Assembly: GCF_009914755.1 (NCBI RefSeq) | Contig: NC_060933.1 | Source: the human T2T-CHM13v2.0 reference genome, Homo sapiens | DNA: 64,000 bases | Direction: 5' to 3' (one strand) | Shown: positions 32,230 through 47,952 of the stretch, piece by piece | Numbering within the stretch: position 1 is the first letter of the stretch | Layout: the number at the start of each line of letters is the position of its first letter | Notes under the pieces: model-generated | The model's database searches: none | Told to the model about the DNA's origin: nothing | What the model saw: only the letters and a program-made list of their open reading frames with translations | Position numbers and translations under genes: made by a program

Positions 32230-33946
32230 TGTCTCATCTACCTACCGTAACACATACACCTGCCCCCTAGGTTTGCTCATTTCTCCATTCCTGTGGCACC
32301 ACCATTGTCAAAGTCACCATCATCCCCCACCTAGATTGACACAAGGGCCTCAGGAGTGGTTTCCCTGCATCTGCCCTCAACAGGATCTCTACAATCTATA
32401 CTTGCTACAACAGCAAAAGTTTTTCTTTCCAAAGAATAAATCAGTTCATCACTCTCCTGTGTACAATCCTAAAATAAAATCAAAACTCCTTGCCAAAGTC
32501 TGCACAGTCCTGTGTGCTCAGGCCAGAGGCTTCTCTGATGTTGCCCCCAGCTACAAACCAGCAGCACTCCCCACCTTTCAGTTCTTGATTGCACTCACTT
32601 TCCTTCCTGGGAATGAACCCCCTACCCCTGCCCCCCCAACTCTCTCCATGCCCCCACATTGATGTCCCCACAGAGACATCTCCCTAGAGACATCACTCCA
32701 TCTAGAATTGCCCAGCAGAGTCACTCCCTGTCACATTTCCCTAGTTTATCTACTATTTTATCCGGGGAATCAGTCCCCAATATTTCAGTGTAGGTTCTTT
32801 CTATTTTCCCTAAGTGTTGGCCGGTCAGAGAAATAAAGAGTACAAAGAGAGGAATATTACAGCTGGGCTCCTGGGGGTGACATCACATATCGGTAGGTTC
32901 GTGATGCCCCTGAGCTGCAAAACCAGCAAGTTTTTATTAGAGATTTCAAAAGAGAAGGGGGTGTATGAACAGGGAGGTCACAAAGATCACATGCTTCTAA
33001 GGCCAATAAAGATCACAAGGCAAAGGGCAAAATTAGAATTACTGATGAGGGTCTATGTTCCGCTGTGAACGTATTGTCTTGATAAACATCTTAAACAACA
33101 GAAAACAGAGTTCGAGAGCAGAGAACTGGTCTGACCTCATATTTACCAGGGTGGGATCTTTTCCCCACCCTAATAAGCCTGAGGGTACTGCAGGAGACCA
33201 GGGCGTATTTCAGTGCTTATCTCAACCGCATAAGACAGACATTCCCAGAGTGGCCATTTATAGACCTCCCCCCAGGAATGCAATTCTGTTCCTAGGGTCT
33301 TAATATTTAATATTCCTTGCTAGGAGAAGAATTTAGCGATATCTCTCCTACTTGCATGTCCGTTTATAGGCTCTCTGCAAGAACTAAAATATGGCTCTAT
33401 TCTGCCCAACCCTGCAGGCAGTCAGACCTTTTGTTGTCTTCCCTTGTTCCCTGAAATTGCTGTTATTCTGTTCGTTTTCAAGGTGCACTGATTTCATATT
33501 GTTCAAACACCCATGTTTTACAATCAGATTTCATATTGCTCAAACACACATGTTCTAAAACCAATTTGTACAATAGTGGTCCTAAGGTGACATACAGTCT
33601 CAGCTTATGAAGATAACAGGATTAAGAGATTAAAGTAAAGACAGGCATAAGAAATTATAGGAGTATTATTTGGGAACTGATAAATGTCCATGAAATCTTC
33701 ACAATTTATGTTCCTCTGCCACGGCTCCAGCTGGTCCCTCTGCTTGGGGTCCCTGACTTCCTGCAACACTCTTTCATAGCATTTGTCTCTGAAATTGTCA
33801 TCTTCTTTCATTTGTCTTCCCATTAAAATGTTAGCATCCAGGAGGGTGGAGAGTTTGTCTGACTTGTACATTGCTGTAGATTCACAGCAGCTACAACAGT
33901 ACCTGATACATAGTTGGTACTCAATACATCTTTTTGGAATGATTGA
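32230..33946 (+). mobile_element. L2 fragment, split by the MER11 LTR
   Basis: L2 body motifs before 32758; tail CAGTACCTGATACATAGTTGGTACTCAATA..GAATGATTGA after 33769. Confidence 0.65.
32759..33768 (-). mobile_element. MER11 (HERV-K11/HML-8) solo LTR
   Basis: Reverse complement starts TGTTGCAGGAAGTCAGGGACCCC..GAACATAAATTGTGAAGATTTCATGGAC and ends CCCCGGATA; 6-bp TSD CTATTT/CTCTTT. Confidence 0.92.
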
Positions 33947-34627
33947 TGCTGAAGTTAGGGTCACAGGATGGGTAAAGCATGGGTCCCTCCAAGAACAGGG
34001 AACAGAGGTATAATGAATAACAGGATCAGGTTCATTGTCTGAAATTTGGGGTTTAGCTTCTTCATTCAGAATATGAGGATATGGAAAACCACAATGAGAC
34101 AACTAGTTCCAAATAATCCTTCTCTACCAGCTTCCTGTCCAACAATCTCTACTTTCTAAAATTTCTCATATCTATCCACTTCCTCCATCACTTCTCTTGT
34201 ACCAGTCTAGACTGGCATCATCGTTGACCTAAACTTCTCTGCAACCTCCTTGTGGACTCTCCTGCCTCAGTACTACTCCTTCTAAGCTCCACCAGGCAGC
34301 CACAGCCAGCCTCTAGTTCTCATCAAGGCAGCTCAAGAACCTTCAGTGGCTCCAGGTACCTATAGAATAGTTCACACTCCTCCACACATCCTCCAAAGGC
34401 CTCCAAAATCTGGCCTCTGGAAAGTCCTTCTACCTCATCTCTCCCCCTCCACCTGTTCCAATCACATTCCTGTTCCTGTCCCACTGAACTTCTCTAATTT
34501 CCTCAAGTTCATCAGCCTCCTCCTGGCTTTTGTAGATTCTCTTTCCACTGTACTTACATCCTGAACTCAGGTCTCAGCTTAAATGTTGCTTCCTTGAAGC
34601 CACTTCTAGGAGAGTAGATTTAGACAC

Positions 34628-35096
<469 letters not shown>

Positions 35097-35861
35097 TAGA
35101 CAGTTTTTTTTTAATAGCCACAGACAGCAAATTGAAACAGAAGTTAAGAACACAGTTTTAGTGTTATATTTGAATCTCAGCTGTGTCTTTCTAGCTGTGT
35201 GACCTTGAGTGAATCACTATCTCTCCGAGTCGCTGTTTTACCACCTGAGAAAAGAGTTGATGATATCCTCTTTACAACATTGTGAAAACTGAGATAAGCT
35301 TGAGCACTGCACCTGGCCACAGTAAGTGCTCAATAGTTGAACACTGTTGCTGGCAAATGGGTTACAAGCTTTAAGCTTGCTCTGTCCCTCCTGGCTCTGT
35401 GGCCTTGGATAGGCAGCTTTCCTTCTCTGAGCCTTTCCCACTCCCCTCATCTCCAGAATCTCCACTAGAGTACTGCCCTTCCCATACATGTCACATGGGT
35501 GACCAATTTCCCCAGTGAACCTTCCATAAGCCCAAGAAGACCCTGATGTTAAGACTGCATGACTAAATCACAGAATCCATCCACATCTTCTGCCACATAG
35601 CAAAATGTCCCTAAGATGCCCACAGCATTAGCGTGTATTGGCAAGCTCAGGGAGAAGGAGCTCTCTGATCTAACTTTCCTATCTTAACTCCAAATCCCAT
35701 TAATTCGGGTCATCAACAAACATTCACCAAGCACCTACTCTGTGCCAGGTACTGTAGTGAGGAATCAGAATGAACAAAACATGGTCCTAACAACCCAGAG
35801 GGTGGGGGAGGATTAATCCAAAACTGCATTTTACCCTTTTATCTGGGCTCCTTGAAGGTCT

Positions 35862-36306
35862 GCTGCATCAGAAGCCCAGTAGGAAACCAGAGGTGTACTC
35901 AAACGTGGCAATTGGAGGAGTTTAACAAAGTGTCTTATTACAAAGGCCAGGGCAAGGCTGCAGCAAACCAGAGGGTCAGTGCAGTATTCCAGAGCCACCA
36001 CTTATAGGTGAGGGTTGGGGGTAGAATGGAGACAGACAGCAGTTGCCAAATCCAGACAAGGTGGCTATAGCTGAGAAGGGGCCTGCCTGAGGATGGAGAA
36101 AAGGGAAGGAAAATTAGTCTGACCTCTGTCTCCCTCCACCCTTTGATCTCCTGCTGTTGCTTTCCATTGGCTGAATCCAATAGGAATTTAAAATGCAAGG
36201 AAAATGCATTGATGTGCTCTATAAGGGTTGGCCTCCCAGGACACAGAGCAGTAGGGAGGAAGATGGAGAGAGGATCTAGAGGAGCAAAAAGAGCTCACCC
36301 AACACA
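35862..36306 (-). mobile_element. LTR33-like ERVL LTR
   Basis: GATCTCCTGCTG..CCATTGGCTGAATCCAA..GGCCTCCCAGGACACAGAGCAG..GGATCTAGAGG motifs. Confidence 0.65.
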
Positions 36307-37054
36307 CCTGCCCACTACAGAGAACTGGACATGACCTTGGAAAGTTATGACCTTCACCTCTTCCACTCATGAAATTCCCTCCTATTAGCCTGGGTTGTTA
36401 TTTCCAGGAATGCATCACAGTGGGGGAGTTCAAGTCACAAAGTGCAGTTATTGAAACACCCTGAGTGTCTCCAAGGCTCTATCGAAATTCTCTCCCTCTC
36501 CCCAACTCTCCTGGTAGCATTGCAGGATTACTGCAGCTCATATTCATCTGTCTCCAAAAGATTAAACCATCCCCTGGAAAAGGCCACTGTTTCCCGAAGG
36601 AGGAGAGCCCATTTATGCTCATTCCTGCAAGATAATGACTTTTCAGAAAAAAAAAATACAGGTTGATTTCTTCCCTGGCTTGGGAGGAAGCAGCTTTTTT
36701 TTTTTTTTTAAATTGTGGTTGGTGGGAGTGCACGATTGTGTGTATGCAAAGGAATTTTCTCACCAGTGTCAACCCACTCACAGAGTTCTGTTAGACAAAG
36801 CTAACAACAATAATAGCAATAATAATGACATATTTATTTATTGAACACTTACTCTATACTTCACACTACCTTGTCAAGTATTATACATGAATTATCTGAT
36901 TTGATGGTCATACCTGCATGTTGTGTCTCCTACCAGTAATCCCATTTTATAGGTAAGGAAACAGACCCAAAGATGTTAAGCAACCTATGAAAGATGACAC
37001 AACCACAAACAGGCAGAGTTGGGATGGGACTCAAGTCTAGGTCTCTCCCTAAAG

Positions 37055-37278
37055 CAGTGATTCTCAACTGGGTATTATTTTGCCCTCAGAAAACATGTGG
37101 CAATGTCTGGAGATATTGTACATTATCACAACTGGGGTAGGGGAGGGCAGTGCTAATGGTATCTAATGGGTAGAGCCCAGAGGTATTTCTCAACCTCCTA
37201 CAATGCACAAGACAACTCCCCACAACAAAGAATTTTATGGCCAAAAATGCCAACAGCACTGAGGTTGAGGAAACTCTG
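37055..37278. mobile_element. MER20 (hAT-Charlie)
   Basis: CAGTGATTCTCAAC..GGCAATGTCTGGAGA..CCCCACAACAAAGAATT..GAGGTTGAGGAAACTCTG. Confidence 0.88.
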
Positions 37279-37306
37279 CTCTATCTAAAGTCTCCCACTA
37301 CCTCCT

Positions 37307-37757
37307 CGCTATGGTGTGGATATGGTTTGTTTGTGCCCAGCTAAGATCATGTTGAAATTTTGTCCCCCGCGTGGTGGTGTGGTGAGGTGGGGCATAGTGG
37401 GCAGTCTTTGAGTCATGGGGTGGATTCCTCATGAATGGCTTGGTGCCACTTTCATGTTAGTGAATTCTCACTACGGCAAGGCTAGATTAGTTCTCAAGGA
37501 AATGGATTAGTTCCCGTGAGAGTGAGTTTTTAGAAAGCCGGGACACCCATCAGGTTTTGTCTCCTCTTTACATATGTCTGCTTCCCCTTTGACCTTCTTG
37601 GCCATGTTATGATGCAGCATGAAAGTCCTCAGCAGAAGCCAGGGCCATGCCCTTAAACTTCTCAGCCTGCAGAACTGTGAGCTGAATAAGCTTCTGTTCT
37701 TTATAAATTACTCAACCCCAAGTATTCTGTTGTAACAACATAAAATGGACTAAGACA
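37307..37757 (+). mobile_element. MSTB-like MaLR solo LTR
   Basis: GCTATGGTGTGGATATGGTTTGTTTG ... AATGGACTAAGACA; exact 5-bp TSD CTCCT (37302-37306, 37758-37762). Confidence 0.9.
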
Positions 37758-38619
37758 CTCCTACTGCACCCATCCAGTCACAACTGCTCCTTAGCTAGAG
37801 AAAAGCTCAACAGGAGAATGGGGTCCTAGATCATGTAATGCCTGGGGTAACCCTTGTTGAAATGTTGATCTTCGGCCTAAGAACATTGGGAAGCCCTGAA
37901 GAATTCTCAGCAGAGAAGCCATGTAGTGAATTTGAATTTAAGGAAGATAACTCTGGCGACTGTGTGGAGAGTGAATGGGAAGGCATCAAGGGAGACTAGT
38001 GCAAAGTCTATTGAGATAATCCAGACGAAAGATGATGACAGACTGGATGGGATGATGACAGGTGAGACAGAGACAAGCAGGTGAATTTAGGATCTATTTA
38101 GGAGAAGGCAAATTTGCCAGGACTTGGTGAAAACAAGTGTGAGAGACAAGTTGGATATGGAACCATTCACTCTGATCTTATAAGCTCACGCTCTTGCTCT
38201 TTCTTTCTTTATTTCTATCTCTATCTATTGATATTTTCCATAAATATCGGTCTACCTAACAAGCAACTGGGTGTTTCTGAGGAATCAGCATCTACACAGT
38301 TGCTGAGAAGAAGTTGAGGCCCATTCTAAAGGCTGCCAGGGACGGTTGTGCAGGATGTCTGCAATACGAATGGTGCCCCCTAAGATTGAACAGACTACAT
38401 AGCAGCCTGTACATTCTGGCATGTTAGACTCTCTGGCCTTAACTCTTGACTCTGGATTGACCATTCCCCATCTTTGGGAGCAAAACAATCAAAAGCAAGT
38501 TCAGTCGAAACAAGAGAAGACTCAAGTGAACTTGGTAGGTACTACCTCCAGCTCTCTAGCAAGGCTCTCCTGTGCACAGGGAGGAAAGAAAGTCAGTGTG
38601 GTACCCACAAGATTGGAGC

Positions 38620-38850
38620 CCATGAGCCAAAGTGATGGGGAGGCATATTTCAGCTCAGTAAAAGAACTGCTTAACAATGAAAACTGTTGAAGCATTAAAT
38701 GGTCTACTTTGTAAAGAAATGAGCTCCTTATCACCAGAAGAATCCAAGTTCAGGTATAACAACCTCTAGCCAGAGATACAGCAAAGGGATCCCAGCATCT
38801 ACCAAGTAGGATGTTAGACCAGATGCCGGCAAGGACACCTTCTGCTCTGA
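38620..38850 (+). mobile_element. L3/CR1 3' fragment
   Basis: TTTCAGCTCAGTAAAAGAACTGCTTAACAATG..GAGCTCCTTATCACCAGAAG..TTAGACCAGATG. Confidence 0.5.
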
Positions 38851-39546
38851 GAGTGGGTAGTGCTAACAAGGCATGCTGATATCTCCATGTTAGCCTTTAT
38901 AAAGACCAAATGAATTTCTCCAACAAACTCTTAGAGTGTCTGCAGCACCAGCTGAGAAAAATTACACCGACACTTCTGACCACATCACTTATTAAAAAAC
39001 ACTCCCTGCAGGGCAAGGAAAATCTTCGAGACATTTTTTTTGAAATGTATCAGTGATTTGCTTGCAGCCACTGACAGAACTTCAATAAATACTCCCTCAA
39101 TGTAAACGTGCTTTCTCTCTTTTCCCTCTAACAAACACTTTCTCAGCTTCCACCCACCTAAACACCTTCATATTCTTTCCTTCCATTTGGGTAGGAGTCG
39201 AAGAGAAAAGAACAGACATGATTCAGGAGATGGAGCAGGGATACCCACACCCACCCCTTAAGGTGAGTCATGAACTATCCTGAGGATCCTAACACAGATT
39301 CTCCCCAACCCAGAACATTTTCTTGAGTTCCAGACCCACAGAGCCAATTGCTTGTGAAGTGTCTCCTCTAAGATGTCCCACAGGCATCTCAGATTCACTA
39401 GGTCTTGAGTGTAGCTCACCACCCTCTCAAAGGCATTCCTGCCCCAGAGCTCCAGATTTCAGAGAACATCATTCAAGCTGGACACATAATCTTTCAGGAG
39501 TATCTTTGACTCTTATCTCTTCTTCACTCCCCATAACCACTCACTT

Positions 39547-39978
39547 GTGCCTTAGTTTGAGTTTCCCAGAAGAAGATCCTGAGTCGAGGATTTAAACACA
39601 AATAGTTTTTGAGGGGATTTCGGAAAACCCAGGACAAGGGAGTAGGAACATGAGATAGGGAAGAGAATAAAGTCAGCCCGTGATACACATCACGTATCAA
39701 GCCATCTGTGCTGTGGGCAATTGAAGCTTAATTCCACCTGAAAACTTGAGGATATGGTGTAGAAAAAAGCATCAGAATGATAACATCATTTATTGGTTGA
39801 GGGTACTCCGGGGGGCTGTTACTCCCTGGCACTTACATCCTGTCTTACCCACAGGCAGTTTCCCAGCTTCAGAGAGAGCCTTCAGGCAAAGAGATGCAGA
39901 CATTGCAGTTGGAAGTAAGCTAGGAAGTGGTGGAACTCACGGGAGGCAGGCAGGGCATCCACAGAGTCAGCTACAACA
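39547..39978 (-). mobile_element. LTR16-family ERVL solo LTR
   Basis: TGCCTTAGTTTGAGTTTCCCAGAAG..CCTGAGTCGAGGATTT..TGTGGGCAATTG..GGGCATCC..GCTACA. Confidence 0.7.
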
Positions 39979-41184
39979 ACGAGTCCTGTGGTGTCTATTG
40001 CCTAAATGATGCTCTGATCATCTATATTCTCCCCATTCTAGATCCCTCTCTCTCTGTCCAGATCACCATCTGACTTTTGCAATCATCACTGACTGGTCTT
40101 CTTGCCTCCAGCCTGGCATCCTGCAATCCTTCTCCAAACTGCAGCCTAAGTGAGATGGCATGCATAATGGTTACAGTACGGGCTCTCATTTTGGACTTCT
40201 TGTCTCCTTCCAGGTACACAACTTCAGGCAAAACACTTATCTCTGCACTTACTTAGTTGTTGTTTTTCCAAGTAAAAACCAGGCATGGAAATTGTAACTA
40301 TCTCATAGGATTACCAAAAACATTAAATGAGTTGATGTATGTGAAAGGCTTAGAACAGCACCTGGCACATGTGGGTGTCCAATAAATATTAGCTATTATA
40401 ATTTCTGTAGAAAAACTTGATCGTGTTTCTCCTTCAAAGCTCCCCTCTGGGAACCAGACTCTGGAAGGGTAAGCTTTGGTGATTGCTGAAATATTCAAAA
40501 GATAGGGAACCCCATGATACTCTTGGAGGACAACTGTTTATCCAAGGATCAAAGATTAAAGACATTATTGATGCAATGAGTACCTCGGGGGAAAGGGGCC
40601 GGACAGATGACTACTTCATGCGTTTGCTCATCACGGGGGCTGAATCTAAGAACCCAGGGACATAGAAGATTCCTATAACTAGGTCCTCCCCAATCAAGGG
40701 AGAACTTGTGGTCCAAAAGGTAAAATTAAATAAGGAAAGCATTCTGTGTCCTGCCAGTACAATAGACCTAGTCCTGCAAGTAAAGCAGAGACAAACTGAT
40801 ACATGATTAAAACCTGTCTCCAATACTAACTTACAATGTATCCTTGGGGTGCTGACTTTCTCTCTCCAAATCTCAGTTTCCCAATCTATAAGATGAAAAC
40901 AGTACCACCCACCTTAATAGAAATTTTGGGAGGATTAAATATTGTCACATACACCAAAGCCCCATCATATCATAGGCTCTCAAAAGAAGTTAGATTTCTC
41001 CTTTCTCGTCACCTATAATTACTAGCTCTCCCAGCCTTGATCTTCCCATGAGTACGATGGGAATTATAGCATAATCTTAGATATTTCAAATGCCCCATCT
41101 CACATTCCCTCAACCCATCTTTTTATTCTAGTCCCTGCTTTGGCAACCACCTGTGTAGTTACAACTATCTCTGGGTGCAGCCTG

Positions 41185-43202
<2,018 letters not shown>

Positions 43203-44180
43203 TGTGTCAGACTTTTTTTTACAAACTGTTTTATTTCCTCTTGGTGTACTTTTTTGCCCCAGCTGTTGTGGTGGCAACCTACAGTCAGTTATATCCTGAC
43301 AGAAACTTATCTCAGCTACGTTATCTCTTGCTTTGCATTGCGGGTTTTCTCTGCCCCCATAAAATGCTTTGGAAGCCCATTCAACCATTGTCGTGCATAC
43401 ATGTTAGTCAGGGATCTCCAGAGAAACAGAACCAATACAAGATACATATACATATAAAAGGAGATCTATTATAAGAAATTGGCTCACAATTATTATGGAG
43501 GCTGAGAGGTCCCACAAACAGCCATCTACAAGCTGGAGGCCCAGGAGACTAATAGTGTAGTTCCACCCAAAGTCCAAAGACCTGAGAACCAGGAAAGTCA
43601 ATGGTAAGTCCCAGTCTAAGGGCAGAAGATCAAAGTTTTAGCTCAAGCAGTCAGGCATAAAGAGAAAACCTTTCCTTCCTCCACTCTTTTGTTCTCTTCA
43701 AGATATATCTGATGAATTAGATGATCCCCACCTGCACAGGGGAGAGCCATTGGCTTTACTCAGTCTACCCATTCAAATGCTAATCACTTATGGAAACACT
43801 CTCACAAACACAAAGAAATAATATTTAGCCAGATATCTGGGACCTGTGACTCAGTCAAGTTGACACAAAAAAATTAACATTCACAATGCACAAACCTGGA
43901 AGTGTGAGGAAATTATCAACTATGGACCAAAAGGGGACAGAAACTAGAACATAAATATTCCTCCTTCTGTATTTTCAGTAGACAATTTTGATGCCTATTC
44001 TACATGACTTCTCAAAGGATCTCCAGTAGAATTGAGCCCTAGTTGCCCCAAGTGCTAACCAGGTCAGTAACACACCCTTGGATGGGCCTCTCCCACCTTC
44101 CTTATTTCATTATTTTCAGCCCTCCTCCATTCTCTATTCCCTGAGAATCACTCTCCAAAATAAACTACCTCCCTGTAAAT
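43203..44180 (+). mobile_element. LTR16-family 3' LTR of the ERV-L relic, split by MLT2
   Basis: TG start after the PPT; 3' half has GAATTGAGCCCTAGTTGCCC..ATCACTCTCCAAAATAAACTACCT. Confidence 0.65.
43398..43885 (-). mobile_element. MLT2B-like (HERV-L) solo LTR
   Basis: TTAGTCAGGGATCTCCAGAGAAACAGAACCAATA ... CAGTCAAGTTGACACAAAAAAATTAACATTCACA; near-TSD GTGCA/ATGCA. Confidence 0.85.
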
Positions 44181-46976
44181 TGGCTTGGAAAAATAACCTG
44201 CCCTCCCTGAATCTCAGTTTCCTCTGCTGTAAAATGGGAATAATAATCACCCCTCCCTCCCAAGGTTGCTGTAAGCATTAACAGTGAAGTGCTGTACCTG
44301 GTGCCAATAGACAGTGAGGGCTCAGAGAGGTGAAAGAATTGAGATACTGGACAAAACAACTTCTTCAACAAACTATTAAAGTGGCTCATTTTCTTCTTAT
44401 TCCACCTTTCCTTCTACTTTAGTCCCACTGGGTACCCTTCATGCAAATATACCAATTGGTACATTTTTCTCTCCAATGACAACTGGGGGCTCTGGCATTC
44501 CTCTGCTGAGGGAGTAGGGGGATGAGGATTCAATTATTCATCAGCTGTTTTCCAAGGGAGGACCCTTAAATGAAGATTCAGTGGCAGATGCAGCCCAGGA
44601 AAAAGCTGGAGAAGAGTTCCCCAAAGACTGGGTCCAGCAGCAACTTCTTTTTTTTTCAGAGTCACCTGGTTGTGCCTCTGAATTCTTTAGGGATAGAATT
44701 TTGTGTTTCATTGGTTCTGGCATCTCTTTATCCAGAGCCTTGGATGCTACATTCACAAGGGACTCATGAATAATGCATGGTGATCTAAAAAACTCCAGGC
44801 AGGTAAATTAAAGATGAGCATGAAAAACCTGGATGCTCAAGCTGAATTCAGCTGTGACCACAGCAGGCAGTTCTGCTATACATGATCCATCTAGTGGTTC
44901 TCCATGCTCCACCTCAGATGCATGCCCCGCCTTCCCTAGGTTCTGCAATGTAGAGTCCTCCACATTGGCCCGCCAACTTCTGCAATGCCTCAGTTCTGAC
45001 CTTGTTCCTCAGCAGCCTTCAAACGTTACCCTTCTTATGCTCCATTTCCTCTACAGCTTATTAGGAAATTAAACTTAAGCCTAACAACTACTTCATGCAA
45101 TGCAGGTAATGATGAATGATGCAATGTCACCAGACTATAGTTTTGTGAGTTTTCCTAAAGTCTATTCTTGGACAAAGGTGTCATCAGGCACCATTGAGGT
45201 AGGAAAAAGAAGAGGTGCTATTTATACTATCAACCTGCTGGTCTTGCAAGAGCTCACACGGTATGGGGATACAAGGAAGGCCTCGTCTCAGTCTGTTCTC
45301 CCTGTTGTCAATGCCTGGCTGAATCACCCAGATCAAGGGCTTCTCCTCTCTGGTTTTAGTTTTCCACTTCAAAGATGGAAGAACTGAGGCCCAGAGTAGA
45401 GAAACAATTCTCCCATCCAGTTAGTGTCACACAGTCAACCAAAAATGGAGCCAGAAAGAGAACCAGAACTTGTTTTTTCCCTCCCAGGGCAACCTTTTTC
45501 CCACCACTCTAAAATGCCCACCACTCTGTTCCCAAGTGAGCCATCCAGGGAAAAGGAGGGAGGGAAATATATTTGCAGGTGATTTAAAGCAGAGATGCTT
45601 CCAGGATGCCCCGCTCCCTCTGGGTAATTTATGGATGTGTGAACAGGATGATGGGCTCATTGCTTACACCGTGTAATTCAAAAAATGCAGCTGCCCTAGA
45701 AAGATGAGTGAGAGGTATAAAAATATGTACATTTGATGGAGCATATATATGTGTTTGTAAATACAGTCTGTTATTGCTCAGTGTTATTATATATCCATCA
45801 TCTTTCTTTGGGTTATTGGAAACATAAAAATCTTAAAGCACTAAAAACACAAAGAACGATAAGTCACCCAGGAAAGTATATCTTCTCGGGGATGATTTTA
45901 TGTCGGGAACAGTTTGTGCCTTCGGAAAATAAAGTTCTTGCACTGCCAGGGAGGGGAAAAAAAAAAGACAGAGGGTGGGGTGGGAAGATGGTACCTACAA
46001 GCCCATGGGCAGAAACAGGTCCCTGAAATGGCAGGATGGCCAGTGGAACAAGGGGTAAAAACAGTGGACCAGGAATCCAACCCAGTCTAGGTTCCACCAT
46101 TTGCAGCTCTCTGAATCTGTGTGAGTCATGACCTTGATGCCTATCTCCTCACCTATAAACTCGGGACAAGAATCCCCACTGGGGCACATTGGGGTTCCAC
46201 AAATGTTAGTTCCCTCCTCCTCAAACTACCCTGTTCTGAGCAGGTGTCAAATGTGGCTGCACAAAAAAATGACATTGATATATCAGCTCCCCACTTCTGG
46301 ATCTCCTCCTCGCAGCCCAAGCAACCAAACCACAAAGTGGAAGCATAAACTAAATTCCAAGCAGCAGACATAGTCAATAGTACAGACGTGATTTTTAAGT
46401 GAAATTAATGATTTTTCGAATATAGATTTCCTCTCCAGGCCCTTCCCTCCTCAGCTTCGGAGATTCACGCTTCTACACACATTTGGTAATGTTTCTGAAG
46501 CCTGGGGTTCTGTTATAAGTCAAATGTTAAGGGAGCCTCCAGGGGAGCATGGGGGCGGGAGGCTAGCTGCGTGGGGTCACATGTGGAGAGGGTCCTTTTG
46601 CAGTCACAATGGAGGACACAATTGCACAGTTGGAGAGCAACCAGCTGGAGTGAACTGGTGGTCAGGAGTCCTGGGGTTTGATTCAAACCCTGCCCCTAAG
46701 TCACTCTGTGCCCAGCCACATATCCCTGACCCTATTCTGGGCTTCAGTTTGTGCATCTGAAAATAAGGGGGTTGGAGTGGAAGTTCTTGGAGGTCCCCTT
46801 TAGGACTTCACTTTCAACAAGAGGTTGGGTTGATACATATAATCTTTCATTTGCCTCTGAATCCCCAGCATGTAAAATAGTAGAAAAGAGTTGGGTACAT
46901 AGCAGAGGTTCAGTAAATGTTTGTTTCATTAATTAATTTTACCGGTATTCTTCAGAAATTCACGTAAGTGGCTTCA

Positions 46977-47380
46977 AGGGTAATAGACTGATTGCATTAA
47001 TGGCCCCATATAATGGCCTTCCTGTGTCCTCAGCCTTTGCAGTTTGCTCCCACTTGCAGGCTGGACTTGGCCATGTGACTTGTTTCCACCAATGGGAGAG
47101 TAGTGACCTGATGCAAGCAGAGGCTGGAAAAAGCACTTGTATTTTTCCACCTCTCTCGCTTGGATGCAGCCACTGCCATGGCCTGGCTGCTGGAGGATGT
47201 GAGAGGGATGTAGAGGAAAGATGAGGCATCACAGCCACAGCCATGCCAGACCAGACGGCAAGCTGACACACCAGCTGCCCACAGACATGCAAGCAAGCCC
47301 AGCACCACCCAGTCAACCCTGGAAACACGGGAGAAGTAATGTGCTGTTTGTTATACTGCAGCAGCTAACTGAAACACTAG
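46977..47380 (+). mobile_element. MLT1H-like LTR
   Basis: GCTGGACTTGGCCATGTGACTTGTTTCCACCAATGGGA..AAGCAGAGGCT..CAGACATGCAAGCAAGCCCAGC. Confidence 0.6.
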
Positions 47381-47825
47381 GTATTGGGCAATTTCAACTA
47401 AAAGTTAGATACCTGGAAAAGAATGCAACAGCCAGGCCTCAGAAGGAGCAGCGAACAAGCAGAGACACCACTGGGACCAAGGTGGGCTTTGACTGTCAAC
47501 TATGAAGTCTGGATCTTCGCTCTGAAGCTCTCACTTTGTAGGGGTTTTTGGCTGTTCCCTTGCATCTGCTTACTCCTCACCTCTCATGCCTCCTGCCAAC
47601 TTCCACATCCCCTACCCAGATATAGGTTTCTTCCTCTCTCATTCCATCAGCTTACACCATGGGAAAAGGACCCATCATCGTCATCCTGGCCTTTCTGTCT
47701 ACATAAGCGCCTTTCTATCTCTGCCCTGCCACTAACTGCCTGAGACAGAGTCAGTGCCACAGCATCATTACACTCCTGTACTCACCGCTCAACTAAATTT
47801 ACAAATGGGATACCACAGGGATACT

Positions 47826-47952
47826 ATCTGTGTATATGCATTTGTAGATATGTGTATATGTAGATACACATATGTATATGGATATGTATGTGTGTATATG
47901 AATACATATCTACATATGCATACACATACACACACACACACATATATACACA
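47826..47952. repeat. (TA/TG/CA)n alternating purine-pyrimidine microsatellite
   Basis: TGTGTATATG.. changing to ..CATACACATACACACACACA; quasi-palindromic. Confidence 0.85.
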
